From Girardia tigrina (Eukaryota), in the NCBI GenBank assembly GCA_001938485.1, contig MQRK01207513.1, positions 4,162-66,050 on the forward strand: a stretch of DNA of 61,889 nucleotides. The letters are read 5' to 3'. Shown piece after piece: positions 1 through 15,548 of this stretch (the first letter of the stretch is position 1; every line of letters starts with the position of its first letter). The translations under genes were made by a program, and so were the position numbers. The notes below the pieces were generated by a model. It ran no database searches and was not told where the DNA came from. It worked only from the letters and a program-made list of their open reading frames with translations.

Positions 1-2319
1 AGAATTTTAAAAAAAATACTAAGCACTTTTTATAATGCACTCAAAAGGACAAAATAACTTTTCTGGGTCAGAAAAGACAATTTTAGTGTACCCTCAGTTT
101 TCAATTATTCCAAGAAAATTATTTAAAAAAAAGTAATCGAGTATGACGTTACCAACAAAAACAAGCTCATTAAAAAGGTTAGTGATTTATGGCCATAGAA
201 CCGAATTTGGCAACCGATTGTGAAGCTCTAGTTTCATTCATGGATCATAAAATTTCCAGTTTGATCAAGCCCAAAGGAAGTTATTTACCTTTTTGAACTG
301 GATGCGACACTGGTTAACAAGTGTAAGTGTAGCAATTAACTTATTCGGGTATAAAATTTTTTTATAATGATTTTATATTCTTTAATTAAATAAAACCATT
401 TTTAATTGTTGATTTTTTTGTATAAAATGAAGTATTCTTATTTAAAGTTATTTCTGATGGAAAGTATTAAAAATTATGAATATAGTATACGAAAACTAAC
501 GATATTTTGACCAAAAACAGTCCGACAAATGTTCTAATGATTGAACCAGACAAAAACTGCAATTTAGTTAAATATAATATTATTATAAAAAACAATATTA
601 TCTGTCATATTTATTTAATTGTTAATGAACGATTATTTATTAGACATAAAATCTGAATAATAGTTTTACAATTGATGATTTTCTGAAAATTGGGTTTTTT
701 AAATAATTTAATAAAAATTTTTAAATTAATTAGAAATTAAATTTAGTAATTTTAAAATCATTTTTGTAATTAAATCCACATAAAATAAAAATTTTAAAAT
801 CTTAATTATACGTTTGAAATGTTTTAATATAGCGATTATATTTTCATTTACAAATTTCGAGTTTTTCCTTTATCACATTTAAATAGTTTCTAAACCAGAG
901 GATTAAATAAGAATTAGGAAGGTGAAGACTGTTAGTGGCATGGAAAACGTTTCGAAGATGGAAATTCCAGGATGAAAAAACATACTGAAAGTTATTTATA
1001 AACGATGACATTCAATTTAAAGACATTTTTCTTGCATGGTCTCAAAAGGTTTATAAACTGCTGAAGAACCTTTGGAAAATAAGGAACATAAATGTTTTAA
1101 AAAAAGTAACTGCATATCTATATCTTTTCTTTCAGGAGATTTTCTTTATTTATTACTCATAAATTATCAGATAATTATATTTTCAAACTATCACTTTCAA
1201 TGCCGGATAGCTATAAGACTATGAAGAAAATACATAACCATTTTGGACAGAATTATAATTGAATTACATATAAATTCTGTTGAACAAATATGAATTCCGA
1301 TATTAAAGATTCTGTTAAAAAGTTAAAAACATATGCCAGGTTATGTGTAACTAGTAAATTAAAAAATTTAATTTTTTTATATCCATTCTTTGTGCAGACA
1401 GAATTCTACTTTGCCAACAAAGTTTTTAAAATTTAAAAAACTCGGAATTTTCCGTTTTTTCCCATTTTTGGTCCTTAAAAGGTTTTTTTCGATCAATTTT
1501 TTACGCAATCATTTATTGTCATCTAGAATTGCTAAGTGCGCAAAGTTTGAAGAAAATTGATTGAGTAAAAAGCCTTCAACAACATGTTTCTAAATTCAAT
1601 GGATACATATATATACATAAATAGAAAGTAAACTAATAAAAAGAATGGAAAAAATGGTTGTGATTTAACACCAATTACTTATAAAAAAGCAGACAGAAAA
1701 CAAAGTAAAAAACTACTATAAAAGTATTATGAGATTAAGGAATATGAAAACATGGAAAACTTGAGTATAAAATTAGATAATGACTCACTTTTACTTCGAC
1801 TGAAATGGTAAGACCTTCTGAGTATTCTCGTGAAACTCTGGCTAGATACAAGTGAAAATTAAGTACTCCTTTTACCATGGAAAAAAAGAGAAAACACGAT
1901 CGCGAAGGAGAATAGATGTCAAGCAAGAAGTAAAAAAATCTAAATAAAAATATGGATGACTTTAAAGGGTGTTGTTGTTGTATCATTTACAATAATATAT
2001 TTCAAAAATTATAAAAATTTAAAATATTAATTATTATAAACACCAATTGGATTTTCAATACATTTACTGACATTACAACTCAAATGGTCACTAGGAGAAT
2101 TCTCTACAAAACTTTCATCATCGTTCTATTTCTACATCTTTTAATTATTCAAACAAATTTAAATTACTATTACATTTACAATATCGATTACAAAATAATT
2201 TGTGGTGTGAAACTTAATGTTTGTGTAGTTGTTGGCATTTGAATTTGTATGTTTTGTGTAAAAATCCCGTGAAATGTTTTTTTTGTGTAAAGAAATAATG
2301 ATTACTCTCAGAAATATTA

Positions 2320-2720
2320 ATTCTTCTGAAACCTCAGTGGGAAATTTAAGATCCTCTTTAAAATTCGATCGTGTTTTTGACAGAAACAAGACCTTTATCT
2401 TCCACGGACAGCAATTGTGCTCGCTTCTTATGTTTGATGGTTGTCGGAGCTGAAAATTCAATCCCACAAATATGAAAGTGAAAATTTCACAAGACGTCAT
2501 AGCGCTTTGTGACCATTTGCAGGATATTCCTTTTCAACCAGCAACCAAAATGCATTCTGGTAAATTATGCTAAGTTTAATATATTTAAACAATAAATAAT
2601 AATAATCAAATAGATTTTTAGAATTGAATTTAACATTATTTGTTCGGTGTTCTAATTTAGAAATTTTGTAATTTCAGAACCCCTAGAGTGAACTTGGGGA
2701 CCCCTGATTGAAAACCACTG
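2320..2720 (-). mobile_element. hAT (Buster/Charlie-type) deletion-derivative remnant
   Basis: Minus strand reads, with stops and frameshifts, FWLLVEKEYP..KAL..LVKFSLSYL..FSAPTTIKHKKRAQLLSVE..SH. This resembles the C-terminal dimerisation region of Buster/Charlie transposases. The terminus ...GATTGAAAACCACTG (ending 2720) is a Charlie-type CAGTGGTT end. Confidence 0.6.
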
Positions 2721-2989
2721 ATATACACATATGTTATAGATTTAGGTACATTTACATTGGAAAAAACAAAACACATAGGATATATCAATAAGTATTGGTT
2801 ATTCTAAAATTAAAAAGAACATCATAATAGGTAAGTTAACATAGGTTCGCTTAAAAGGTTATGGTCACAGTATGTTTTAATATATATTTTTTTTACAGTA
2901 AATTTTCTACTCTGTAAGGTGACATTTTGCTATTTAAAAACATTATTTTTTTCATGCTTTATTGCGTGGTTATTTCGAATATGTTAAAT

Positions 2990-3250
2990 GATCAATTTCG
3001 GACATTTTTATTTTATGAGTTCAATCTAGACCAAAAGCATTCTGGCAAATAACAATGATCAGGCACCAAAACACTTTCCAAAGACTGAAATCCACCAAAA
3101 AGGTTATGGTTACACTATGGCGATCGGTAGCAGGTTTCCTCGCTTAAAACGTTTTGAAAATGGATCAAACTATTACAGAAAAGTCCTACTTTCTAGAATT
3201 CGATTATGTGTGAAAATTTGCGTGCATATCAACGGATTGTCCATAAAAAA
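2990..3250 (+). mobile_element. mariner transposase fragment (degenerate)
   Basis: APKHFPKTEIHQK / VMVTLWRSVAG / QTITEK resembles the mariner PKPNLHQKKVMVTVWW region; frameshifted. Confidence 0.5.
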
Positions 3251-3645
3251 AATTTAATTCAAGTTTCTTATTTTTACTTTATTTTTACACCTTCATAATT
3301 AATGTATATATAATGGTAAACAAAGAAAAATTTTTAAAAAATCATTAATTATTCAATACATCACTAATTGCATCTGGCAATTAAAAGTATCGCAACCATC
3401 AAATTTAGAATACTAATGAATTATATATGATTAAATTTGCAAAATTACTCATTTCTCATTTTATTTTTCCAACAAAAACAATTTGTGCTTCGAATGTACC
3501 TCTACCATGTCGCGTAATTTTGAAATTTTATGTGTCTATGATGACAACATATGGAGGGTTGTTTAGATACATAATGATGCAAATAAAAGAAAAAGGTAAA
3601 ACACAATATGGATTTTATTACCATAACAGCAGAAATAATCTGCAT

Positions 3646-3905
3646 TCAATATAATGCTAGAGGAGCATCTATTTCGGCGGCAAGATCCTCTTCCTTTCGC
3701 TGAGGACCTTCCTTGAACTTTACTTTTGAACAAAATGCAAGAAAAATGATACAACCAATAATATACATAATAAATACTAAACAGTTCAACGTAAAACTGT
3801 ATCCATAGGTTATACTTAAATGTTTCGCCCCAGATAGCTTTAAACGTTTTTCATGAAACCCCATTACTTCCAAAAATAAATCAATTGATAAAAACGACGC
3901 TATTG
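3646..3905 (-). CDS. claudin-like gene exon 4 (AIASFLSIDLFLEVMG...TYGYSFTLNCLVFIMYIIGCIIFLAFCSK...DAPLALY*)
   Basis: Acceptor tttgttcag|; in frame with ORF 3646..3873; contains YGYSF, TM4 and the stop. Confidence 0.88.
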
Positions 3906-6900
3906 CTGAACAAAAAATAGTATCAATAATAATAATAAATAAAAAATTATTTTAAAATTATAATAATTAAGCTATATAATATAATGGAATTCGTATTTTG
4001 AAGCTGTCTAATATTAGTTGCTAATATTTGCACCATTCTGTAAATATTCTGAAGTATTTTCGCATGGCACGCATGGATGCCTTCTGCGGTCGCCATAACC
4101 TTCTGTACCACATGTTGATTTCCCAAGTGAAGTTATCAGTGGAACCACTCATGTCAGCGGAATAAAATCCTATGAGAACATGGAAGCCTTTTAGATGGTC
4201 AGTAGAGGGCGGTTGGCTTGGGTCCGTGGGTAGCAAGCACTGGAAACCACACAGACTATATCTGTGAGCAATAAATCACGCTTCCAAGTTCTGGATAAAA
4301 CCATCCAGGAATGGAATGAACATAGCACTCCGGTAATATGATTCTGGTGAGTTTGAGGGCACTTTACAACGAATTTTAATTTCATGCTTTTCAGTGCATT
4401 TGGTGACATCAGTGAAAATCTCTGCAAATGTCTTCTCAGCATTACCTCGCAAGGCTTTCATTTGGGCAGTAGTGTCTTCGGCGAGATTCACTGACTCAAC
4501 AAGGTCGATGTTCTCCTTTTGAAGGTCTTGCAGAGAATGTTTCACACAATCTGAATAGTTTATGGAGTGTGAAGAGGAAGACAATGAACTGAGGTTCCCT
4601 CAAGGCCTGCAGAAGTTGTTATGCAAGAGATGAGGTTTCCTTGTGGGACCACTCTGAAATGATTTCTAGAGAAGCTATTACAGCCGGGAACAGCTCTACT
4701 AAAGTGGATATGGAATCATGTTTTTTTAACCACAAAGGTGTTTTAACAATAGTGTTTTATTGAAAAATGTTAAGCTAATTATTTTTTGACAACGTCAAGA
4801 AGAGGGGGGATTACAACCCCAAAACCCCCCCTTCCCTACGCCACTGTGTGGTATTAAAATGTATTTGTCTAGCGTCACTTCAATTTTTGTTCTGAGTATT
4901 CAGTAAAACACACTAAAACCATTTTATTGATCATAATAAAGTGTGATTTACAGCATTTTCGGATAAATGGTATTATGTCACTCTAGTTTGTAAACGTTTT
5001 ACCGTATCACTAAGTTTAATTGAAAGATTAATCTCCGGAATATAGTACAATTATAGTTTTTCACTGTGCCATATTTGCACAATTATTGTAATTAAGTTAT
5101 GTTACTTTCAGTAACATCTCAATACTCACTGCAATATTAAACTACCCCTAATATATTAGATTCAAACAACTTTATCTTTAATAATATATTTTCGTTAGAA
5201 AACTTGAGATCCAGTTTTCACTTCCCTACGTTGTAAGCCTTGAACAATATAATCGGGCGCACCTATCCCTTAACATCAATATAATACTAAGATAAGAAAA
5301 TTCCTTTCTAAAATTTCCGATATCTTCACCCTTACTTAAATGTGATACTCCTGTTTTTAATTAGTAATGCACATAACTTTCTTTTTGTGTGTTTAAGTCT
5401 TTAATCAAAATTTAATTAAGTACTTTAAATTAGGTACTTTAATGGAGATAGGTTGATTTATCTCTGTGGAGTTGATAAACAGATCCATCTGCGTTCAATA
5501 ACTCTGTCCCACCAGCTAATCCATGAATTATAGCACTTTTATCGCTTCTTCGAAGACTGTGTTGAAAAGGCGTGATTCAAACGCATGACACTATATAACT
5601 CATCTTTTCATGTTAAACTCATTTCATCCAATTTAAAATGTGAGGTCTTCATGAAAGCGTATTATCCGACTCCTTATCTTTTTAATCTTGCTCAAAGAAC
5701 TTTCCTGAGTGCTCACTTACAAGCTTTCTCTTTAGAAATGAAGATTAAAGTACTAAAATCTCTTTTTACGGGTTTTTTCACAACTTAAAAATAACGCGGT
5801 TCCAAAAAAGAAGATTTTTTTACACATTATATTAGCTTTAGGTTAATTTGTCTGATAAAAAATTAGTCTAAAACAAATTGGTCTAAAAAATTGCTCTAAA
5901 CAAATAAATTAATTTAACAAGAAACTTGTCTAAAATTTAAGTCGATTAAAATAAATCCGTTTAAAATAAATTTGTCTAAAAATATGATAAGGATAACGGT
6001 CTCCCACTTTGGAGATCAATATGTGGAACTACTACAGAAGTGTTTTGAAAGGATTGTCTAAGACATATTGAGGCATGGTATCAAGGTTTTCTTTACTAGG
6101 TATGCGGTAATCATCCAAATATATTGGAAGTTTATCACTGCAATAAAAAATGAACAGTCACTAATTACACTAAAAAGTGAACAATTCGTTAGTGCACAAA
6201 ATCCTGTATGGAAAAAAATATGCTTATTGTGCAGAGAGACTAAAAACAGTGATACAGACTTGGGCTGAGACAATGACTGACGAACAAATTTTAGATTTTC
6301 TCTGTAGTGAGCTCATAATGTGAAATATTAGTACAGTTTCTTCTTTATCGGATTTTTTACAATTTTAATTTCACTTATTGTTATATTGATTGTTTTGTTT
6401 GAGACCAATTTGTCGGTTCCAATTTTTTTATTTTAACATGGTTTTTACAAAACAATTTAGATCAGGGTAAAATTACTACTTTTAAAATTTACTAAGTTAA
6501 AATGGCATTCCGATAAATTTTAGATAAAATGGAAGAATAAAATTTACTGTGCTTGATGCATGTAAAAAGGGTAGATTCTAAATCTTCTGTTTCAGTGGTT
6601 GCCATAAATGCTTCTACAGATACCTGAAAAGTCTTGGTTATGACTGTAGAGCTGCAAATTCGAAGCCACTGTTATCCCTATATAATATTGTTCCTCACTG
6701 GTAAAGGGCACAACAAAATGAGACACAATCCATTTTATTTTTGGGAAAAAATTATCTTCAGAGATGAGAACTTCTTACAGAGGTTTTCAACTAGCAGTCA
6801 TGCCTATGTGAGGCATCAACCAGATCAAGAATTTAATGTTAAGAAGTTTTGTAACTTCCTGAGTATTGTATTTAAAATATGTAAATGGTGAAGTGTTTTG

Positions 6901-9900
6901 AGCCCGTCTTAAAACAGCGTGAAGGCGTAAGATGATGAAAAAATAAAAAGAAATTATACAAATATATTTAATAAATAACCATGAAAATTAATGAAATAAT
7001 ATTTCTATCTGATGAAGACATTTATCATCGTTTTTAAGGCTTCTCACAATTATATAATAATGCTCACAAAAGCAGTGCACAGTTGTAGATGAATGCGTTC
7101 ATGAATCTGTCTTTTGTATTTCAATACAGAATCTCTCTGTGATCTAATCCGAAATGTTTTTTTGTTTCATTTTCTCTTTTTCTTTGTCAGTCAATCTACC
7201 TAAGTAAGATACAAGACCACACAGACATGATCCAATTTAGGGATGTTGAGATTTGATATAAACATCTTTCCCTTTCACGATGACATGTTCTCTATAATAA
7301 AGAAGTCAAGTAGCTCACGAGTTTTTGTTAACAGGAAAACTAAGATCATAATTTTCTTTAACTAGTGATTAAAAAACATTGGCTTTTCTCGTTCCACAAC
7401 TATATTTCAAGATCAATCTTCAAACGTAAAAAAATTCCTGTTCTTCATTAAAATAAATTCTGCAATTGATGTCTCTTAAAAACAGTGATTCATATTTAAG
7501 CGTCATTCTTTCAATTTGGATTTTTAGTAAAATATAGTCTTAGGTTTGTTATATATACAACTATTATTTAGTGGATATACCTTCTTTAATATAAACTTTA
7601 TTTTATATTCTTTTGTGTGTCAGAATATGCAAGAAATTCAATGTTTGCAATCTTACTCTCTGTATCTTCTTTGCCTTGTGGATTAACTGTATTAATAGGC
7701 ATTGGTACATCGTACAAATATACCAATAAATTTAGAAAAATTGCAACTTGGACTTTAATTAGAAAAGAATGTTGTGTAGAATGAGATTTACAGGAGGAAT
7801 GCTAATACAAGTTTGTACAAAACGCTAAATAGTTTTTAAGAATCTATATATCATCGGAATAGGATTAATGGTCTCATGTCCTTTCGTCTACATAAAAGTA
7901 TGTAATTATAGTGCTATTTAAATAAATAAATTATTGCATAAACATGGATATTCAAAATCAAAAGTAAGGAAAGTAACGAAAGAAGCTATTGATAAATTAA
8001 TTGATAGAATTAAAAATCCTTTTTACAGATGTTTAAGATCAAACTAATAAGATCAGTTCCAGAATTCGATTTGTCCTAACTGTACCTATTTCAAATTGAT
8101 TGAAAAAAATCATTTTAAACAAGCTTTATTTTAATAAAATAAAATTGTAAAAACATAAAACAAAATTAATTTTCTAAATTTTTCATATTTTAAATCAAAG
8201 AAACTATATTACAGAGGAAACCTAATTCTCGCATTTCTGAAAATTTGTATAAATTATTTTTGATGCACAATTTCTTACCTGACATTAAGTAGAGCACCGC
8301 GGTAAGCCGTTTCAATGTATATCGGGGTGTAAAAATGCTATAGGCATTAAATACCAGAGTCAAAGTCATCATGAAAATCGAAACTACAGCAAATACGGCT
8401 CTCGATGTGAAATATCCTAAAATTATAAATGTCCAATGTTGAATTATCCTTTTTCAATCATGATAAGAACAATAATAAAAAAAATACTTTAAATTTTTTA
8501 TGTATGAGCTTTGTCAAATATTGGGACTAGCAATTTAATGACATAATTTATAGTAAACAAAAAATGTCAAAACCACTTAATAAAGAATTTAAAAAAGCAA
8601 TGATAGATATTTGTCAATAAAATTTCAAAATAATTAAAGTCCGGTAATAAATTTCACTCAATGTTCGACAAAATTTCAATAATAGCTCCACAAAATTTCG
8701 CTTATAAGTTCCCACAAAATTAAACATAAATTTCATAAAATAATAAACAAAAATAATGAAATTATGTTCGGCTAAAGGTTGGTCAACCAATCAGAACGAG
8801 CCATTTCATTCCCTCTTTTTTCCTGACTTGAAATTGGCACAGTTTTATAAATGCAATACATGGACTCTTAATGAGTCATCAAAATGAACTTCTTTGTTCA
8901 TCCAATCGAACAAATCCAATTCAAATTTAATATTTTTTGTTTTTTTATTTGATAATTTAATCATATTGTTATTTATGTATTTATATAGCAATAGATATTT
9001 AAGCGATTGTCATTCAATAAATATAAAACAAAAAAATGTTGCTTTGAATCATTTTTGGGCCAGGAGAGAGAGGTATAAAAATATAACTATAGATAATTTA
9101 GAATTTAAATTCGGAAACATAATATTTTTGATCAACCTATTAGTAGTTGGGCTTATCACGGATAATTAGACCATTACATATTTATTTTCATCAAAGATTT
9201 TTCCAATTATAACTTAAATAATCTTCTTTCAACCGTCATAAAACGTTTCAGTAAAAGTAAATTCATGGTATCTAATTACAGAATATAAATTTTGATCTTT
9301 TAAATTAATTTTTTATCAGAAGGTTACTTGTTGATTTCAATTATCATCAATTAAAATTTGTATTTAAAGTCATAAACTTAAATAATTAATTTAATGAATC
9401 TAAAAAATACTTTCACCCAATGATGTGCTGATGTAGGACGAAAACAATCCAAAAATGTTTCTTATGGAAAATTCAATCCAGATTAATTACAGGCAATTAA
9501 GGAAATTAAATTTATAACTGCACATTCGTTAAAAAGCAAATGTTATTCATTAAAGCAAAAACTCGTTCAAAAAGTGCAAAAGTGCACGAAGGATCTTTCA
9601 TTTCATCCGAATAATTTTAATTAATTAGAACAACATTGGTAAATTTCGATTTTAACTTGACATTTTTTCCAAGCATTATAATTACCATAAAAGACGTCAT
9701 TAAAAGCATCATCATTTGAGTTATGGTTGTTAAACTTATAGATTTTTAAATTTTTAAAACATCATACAATTTAAATTATTTAAAAGATTATTATTTTTAA
9801 AGTGTTAATAACGTTTAAAACATGATTTATTAAAATAAATTATAATCTAATAAAGAGTTAATAAGTAAAAAAATATAATTTTATAAGATATAGATTTTAA

Positions 9901-12477
9901 AACTTTAATAAACTTCAAATAAAGTTTTAATAAGAAATAAGAATTTAAAACTAACAAGTTGCAATAATATTTAATGAAAATATAAAGGATTTGAATTTAA
10001 TAATTTACGATAAGATTTTAATAAAAAAATAAGAATTGTATTATACTAGTTGAGATAAAGTTTTTAATAAAAAATATTTACATAAATTTAAGACAATAAT
10101 AAAACCATATTTATATTTATACTTTATTTATTTCTGATTCAAACAAAATAAGAAAATAGTTCCTGGAAAAATTGTTATTGTTATAGAAATATATTTTTAC
10201 GTGTTATGACTTCAATTAATGATTTCGAAACTAACGATTTGTATTTATAATAATATTAGTTATTGCTGCAGCTGCAAAATATGTCTACCGGTGGAATCTG
10301 AGATACATCTTATATTTGTCGTTTCTAACAGGGAAGCTGAAACTATCCGACCCCATAGGATAGGGGTCACTATCGGGGGCTGCTAGTGATTCTTTAGTTT
10401 GGGTGGACCCTCTAAAGAGCCTATATGCTCAATAACATTCGAAAGAGATGAGAGGCCCACATCTAATCCTAAATCAGGAATAGCGGCGGTATTTAATTAG
10501 GCAAATCTATCATTTACTTTTGCTTGTTTCAAAGTGTGATAAGTTGCATCGAGAAGAATACCTAATTGTCATAAAAAAAACTTTAAATGCATATATAATA
10601 TTCCGAAATTATTCAATATATTCAGATGATATTGTAAAATTATCACTAGATGAAATCTTTGACTACTCTGTCATTACACACTCATTTATGTCTTTACCAC
10701 CGATGTTTTTTGAAAATCCTATCTAAAAACGGTTTTTCACTACATGTTGAATTTTTTTAACGCATATAATAAAATAAACGACAACACTGCCGTCAACTGT
10801 CACGTCCGTTTCTTAGATCTATTTGATAAAGACTTTTTCAAAATTAAAAATTTTATTTTTCCCAACAACACGATTCATAAATCTCTATTTTTCACATAAA
10901 CACTAAATTGCAATTGATGCGGATAAACAACAAATACATTTTTATTTATTTAATTTAATTAGACACTTAAAACGTATTTTAAGTGTCTAAAACTTAATTT
11001 GTTTACACAATTATTATACATTTTTTATTTAATATAATTCGGAAATAATCGTAAAAGTATAAAAAATATTAAAAAAGTAATACAAAAATAATATAATAAT
11101 TTTGTAAAAATAAAAAAAATTAAGTTTTATATTTTAAAAAATAACAAAAAAATAAATGTAGAAATTTTTTAAATATTTATTGCGGCTTAATGAAACAAAA
11201 AGTAAATAGATAAACAACAAAACAGATTTTTCCAAAGATTCTTCCTGGTTCAAACATCGGGTCATATTTGTTGATCAACAAACTATTTATTTCTTGAAGG
11301 AGTTTGTCTAATTTTATTTTAATGGATGTTTTTCTTTCCCAAAAAAAATCTAATTTCAAAGTTAAATATTTATGAGAAAAAAATTTCGTCGAAACTAATT
11401 AGAAAAGTTTATTGTAATAATTCCACAAATATTTCTGCAACTAGCGATTTTATCAACACATTTTTTCGACAAATGAGAAAAACAAACAATTTATATGTTC
11501 GTTTGAAACCGACTTTCGTTTGACGAAAATTGAAAAAGAAAGTTTTATTTAATAAATATTGTAAAATTATTAATCCACAAGATTAACAACCAAAACTAAC
11601 GGATGCTATAAGAATTATTTATTTGATAACAAATATTTTTATTATTAAAATTTTATTAATATTTTTTTCTCTTTATTTATCATTCAAATGATGGAAACAG
11701 ATGTTCATAAAATTTTATCAGAAAAATGTACTTTAAATACAAAAATAGTATTTTAGTTATAATAAAATGTAGCTATAATATCTTTCGGATTTGAGGGGGC
11801 TACTTGCATCTATCTCAACTTACATTATCGCAAAATATAATGATAATACTTATTATATATAATAATAAAACATATATAAGATATATTATCTATAATAAAA
11901 TGTAGAGTTCAAACAGTAATAAGTATAATATTTGTCTAAAAAGTGTGTGTTTGTTTGTTTCTCGGTCACACTTTTAAATGTGAAATTGCGGAGGAACCAG
12001 AGTGAATCCATTTAAGGACGTTGTCAATCTTGATAGCCCGCATCAATACAATTCTGTCGATACAGCGCTTTGGTCGAAAGACGCCCGGAGGCCGTCAAAA
12101 TCTATCGAAAACCGTACAAGTCATTAATTGTTAAATTAACACTGATTTCAAATAATGAAGTTTCAATGAATTTCGTGAAAACCTTTATGAAAATACTAAT
12201 AAAATACTAATTTATTTGATAAATGGCGATTTTTATCACTTATTTACTAATTACATTTCTAAAAATCAATTTAGGTTAAATTTGCAAAATTTCATTATCA
12301 TCCGATTCATGGTTTCGTCGAAAGGCTCCGAGAGCCGATTTAACTGACTGACTGTTAAATCAACACAGAATTCCAAAGAATAAATAGTAAATTATAATAA
12401 TTACGATTTAAAAATTAAAACAGAAACTTTCAAGTCGAAAATTCAGCTCATCTGTCATATATGACGGGTTTTTTTCT

Positions 12478-12516
<39 letters not shown>

Positions 12517-15506
12517 CAAAATACAATACACTCTCAGTGGTTTGTATTTTAAACTATAGTAAATAAAATGAGATAATTAGAATTCTTGTTTCAAATAAAA
12601 TATGTAAAATACCACTAATGATTACAAAAGATATACTGGGGATATTTGATTGTAATAATACCGCCAATAATAAATATTGATAATAAAAAAAAATCTCAAT
12701 TATAACAATATATTAGTAATAACGAAATTTAATGTAATAAGTATATACAATAAGACGAATATATGTAGCGTGAAATATTGTTAGGTAGCAAAAATAATTT
12801 TTAATAATACTAGCGAGAATCAATCAGAAGAAAATTCTCAGAATGAGATTATTTTTTTTGCTGAATGACAATAATCAGTCATATAGAGTTGATTGAAGAA
12901 TATAATGTAGGAATTTGTAAATTTAGATTTGACACTCAGTTGGATGTAATTTATCAGTTATATGTGGTTAAGTATTATCTTTGTTTGGGTAAGTTATAAA
13001 TTAAATTATTGGATCGATAGAGAAACAATTAAACTAGACTTTTCCAAATTTTCATAATGTTGTTCCAACGAATTGAGAAAAAATGAGGATGTCATCTGAG
13101 TATATTTCCGTCCTTTTTATATTTCCCATCACTTTTGTCAAGAATTCCTAGAATGTTCCCGGTGCCAACGTAATCACAAATGACATTCTGTTAAAACAGA
13201 ATAGACCTGATTTGGTTGAAAATTCCGTCTTCAAATTTAAGTTTTCCTCTAGTTCTACTTAGAAATATGTATTTCTTAAATTAATCAATGTAAAATACTT
13301 GATATGTCATATTTTAAAATCCTCTCTGTTAGTTTTTCTATTGTTTTAGAGAAGTCTTAATTTTTCCTGCACTAGCAGGCCTCTGTAAAGTTTTCAAATA
13401 GGTAGGATATCCAATCAAAAGTATTTCACAATCGATCTTTGTAACCACATCTTGCTTTATCAACTGCTTTAAACGTATTATTCAAATCTCTGTCCAACAG
13501 AAAGCTGACAGCGGTTTCCTGTATGAATTTCGTGACTGCCTCAAAATTAAAGAACGTCTCACATTCTTCAACAAAAGTCTCAACATTGTTGCCTTTTCTA
13601 AATTTTTTTTAGCCTGAGTCGCGATAGTAGTTGTTTTTCTATAGATTTCAATATTAGAAGTCGTAGTCCTGATCACGACATTTTACTAACGATGTCACAC
13701 AAATGAAAACAAATTTTCATATCCTTTTTTGTAAAGTTTCATCATTGTATTTTTGATTCTCCTTTTTTCTAATAAAACGATGTTCATTTCACAAAATTTC
13801 ATTTCTTCAGTTAAATCTTTTTTTATTTTAAAATTTTATAAAATTATTATAATTTTCTTATTTTATTTTATTTTGAAATATTAAAATATGTTTATATTTC
13901 TTTTACGTTGAGTTCAATGAAACATTTATTTAACTTTTTGGATTTTTGAATAATTCATTTTTTGTATTATTCATTTTTTTAATTTTTCATTTACTTTTTA
14001 TTTATAATTTATTGTTAAATGTGTTAAATATATATTCAACCCTGAATATGTATTTTAGTTAGGGAAAATTATTTTTGACGTCTACAAAGAAAAGTTTAGG
14101 GACAGAAAAAAATTTAAACATTATTGGATTCTTGCTCACAAGACATTATAACGAACAGCAAAATTTATTTCTATAACAATTAGAATTTTTTAAACAAATA
14201 TTTTTTGAGGAACTTTTGTATTTTCTTTTTTTACACAACCAATATAAATAGAAATATGTATAAATAAAAATATGATTTGTATATTTTTTTNNNNNNNNNN
14301 NNNNNNNNNNNNNNNNNNNNNNNNNNNNNNNNNNNNNNNNNNTTTTTTACAAATTAAAAATTTATATTTTCTTTAATAAAAATTATAGTAAATTAAAATT
14401 TTGTCACAAAAATTTTATTGTGTCTCTTATTAATTTTTCAATTTTATAGTACATTTAAATTTAACTATTTTTCAATTACATTTCCGAAAAAATTAAAATC
14501 TCATTTTTTATTTAAGTCAATTTAAGGGTTTTCAATTACTTTTAATTCCAATTTTTTAATTTCCAATAAAAATTATAATTACATTTTCCAAAAAATTATA
14601 ACCACATTTTTAATTTACTTTGATTTAAAAGTTGCAAAAATTAGTTTAGTTTGCTTTTATTTCGAAAATAAAAATATCAAACTTAAATTACTTTTATTTT
14701 ATTTCAAATAAATATTTTCATCAAATTTGAAATTACTTTTTTTTATAATAAATCTTTACATAAATCTTTTAATAACCCTACCGNAAAATTTATTTTATTT
14801 CTTACTTATATTAATTTTTTATATTAAATTTCTGAAAATCTATTTTAACATATTTATAACAATATTTTATGGAATGTAATTGTTTATCTAATAATTTCAT
14901 AACATTCAAAAATTTTATTTTAGGAACGTTCCCAACATCCCCCCCCGTTTTTGAAATTTTTGAATTTTTCCACATTCCTTATTATTTGTTTATCATTTTC
15001 ATCTTTGAGTCTATAACTCCTCTCATGAATCTGTTCAATAATNNNNNNNNNNNNNNNNNNNNNNNNNNNNNNNNNNNNNNNNNNNNNNNNNNATATTAAA
15101 TTTCTGAAAATCTATTTTAACATATTTATAACAATATTTTACGGAATGTAATTGTTTATCTAATAATTTCATAACATTCAAAAATTTTATTTTATGAACG
15201 TTCCCAACAAACATTACAATTTAAAAATTGCACATATTTTAAATTCTGAGAATAATAAATTTGATATTTTCAAAATATCAAAAAAAAATAAAATAAATTT
15301 TTAGAAATAAAATTATAACCTTTAGAATTGTCTGAAGAATCAGGTCCTTTGCTCTGAGCAACTGCTCGGTATTTATCAGAATACTTGGCATGTGATAGAA
15401 GAACATCACTTTCCGTGCATTGGAGATTTACTGAGTGGTAAATATTTAATTTTAGTCAAAAAATATTTAATTTAATATATAATCAAATATTATTAATCTT
15501 GGATAT

Positions 15507-15548
<42 letters not shown>

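Noticed and set aside
1-1660. Helentron/DINE-like ends and an hAT-like relic (other faint relics near 5400, 11890, 17900, 45500, 49400 and 59000)
   Set aside because: Too decayed to delimit or classify by eye.
14821-15207. ~115-bp near-exact duplication
   Set aside because: The second copy starts exactly at a gap edge; likely an assembly or haplotype artefact.
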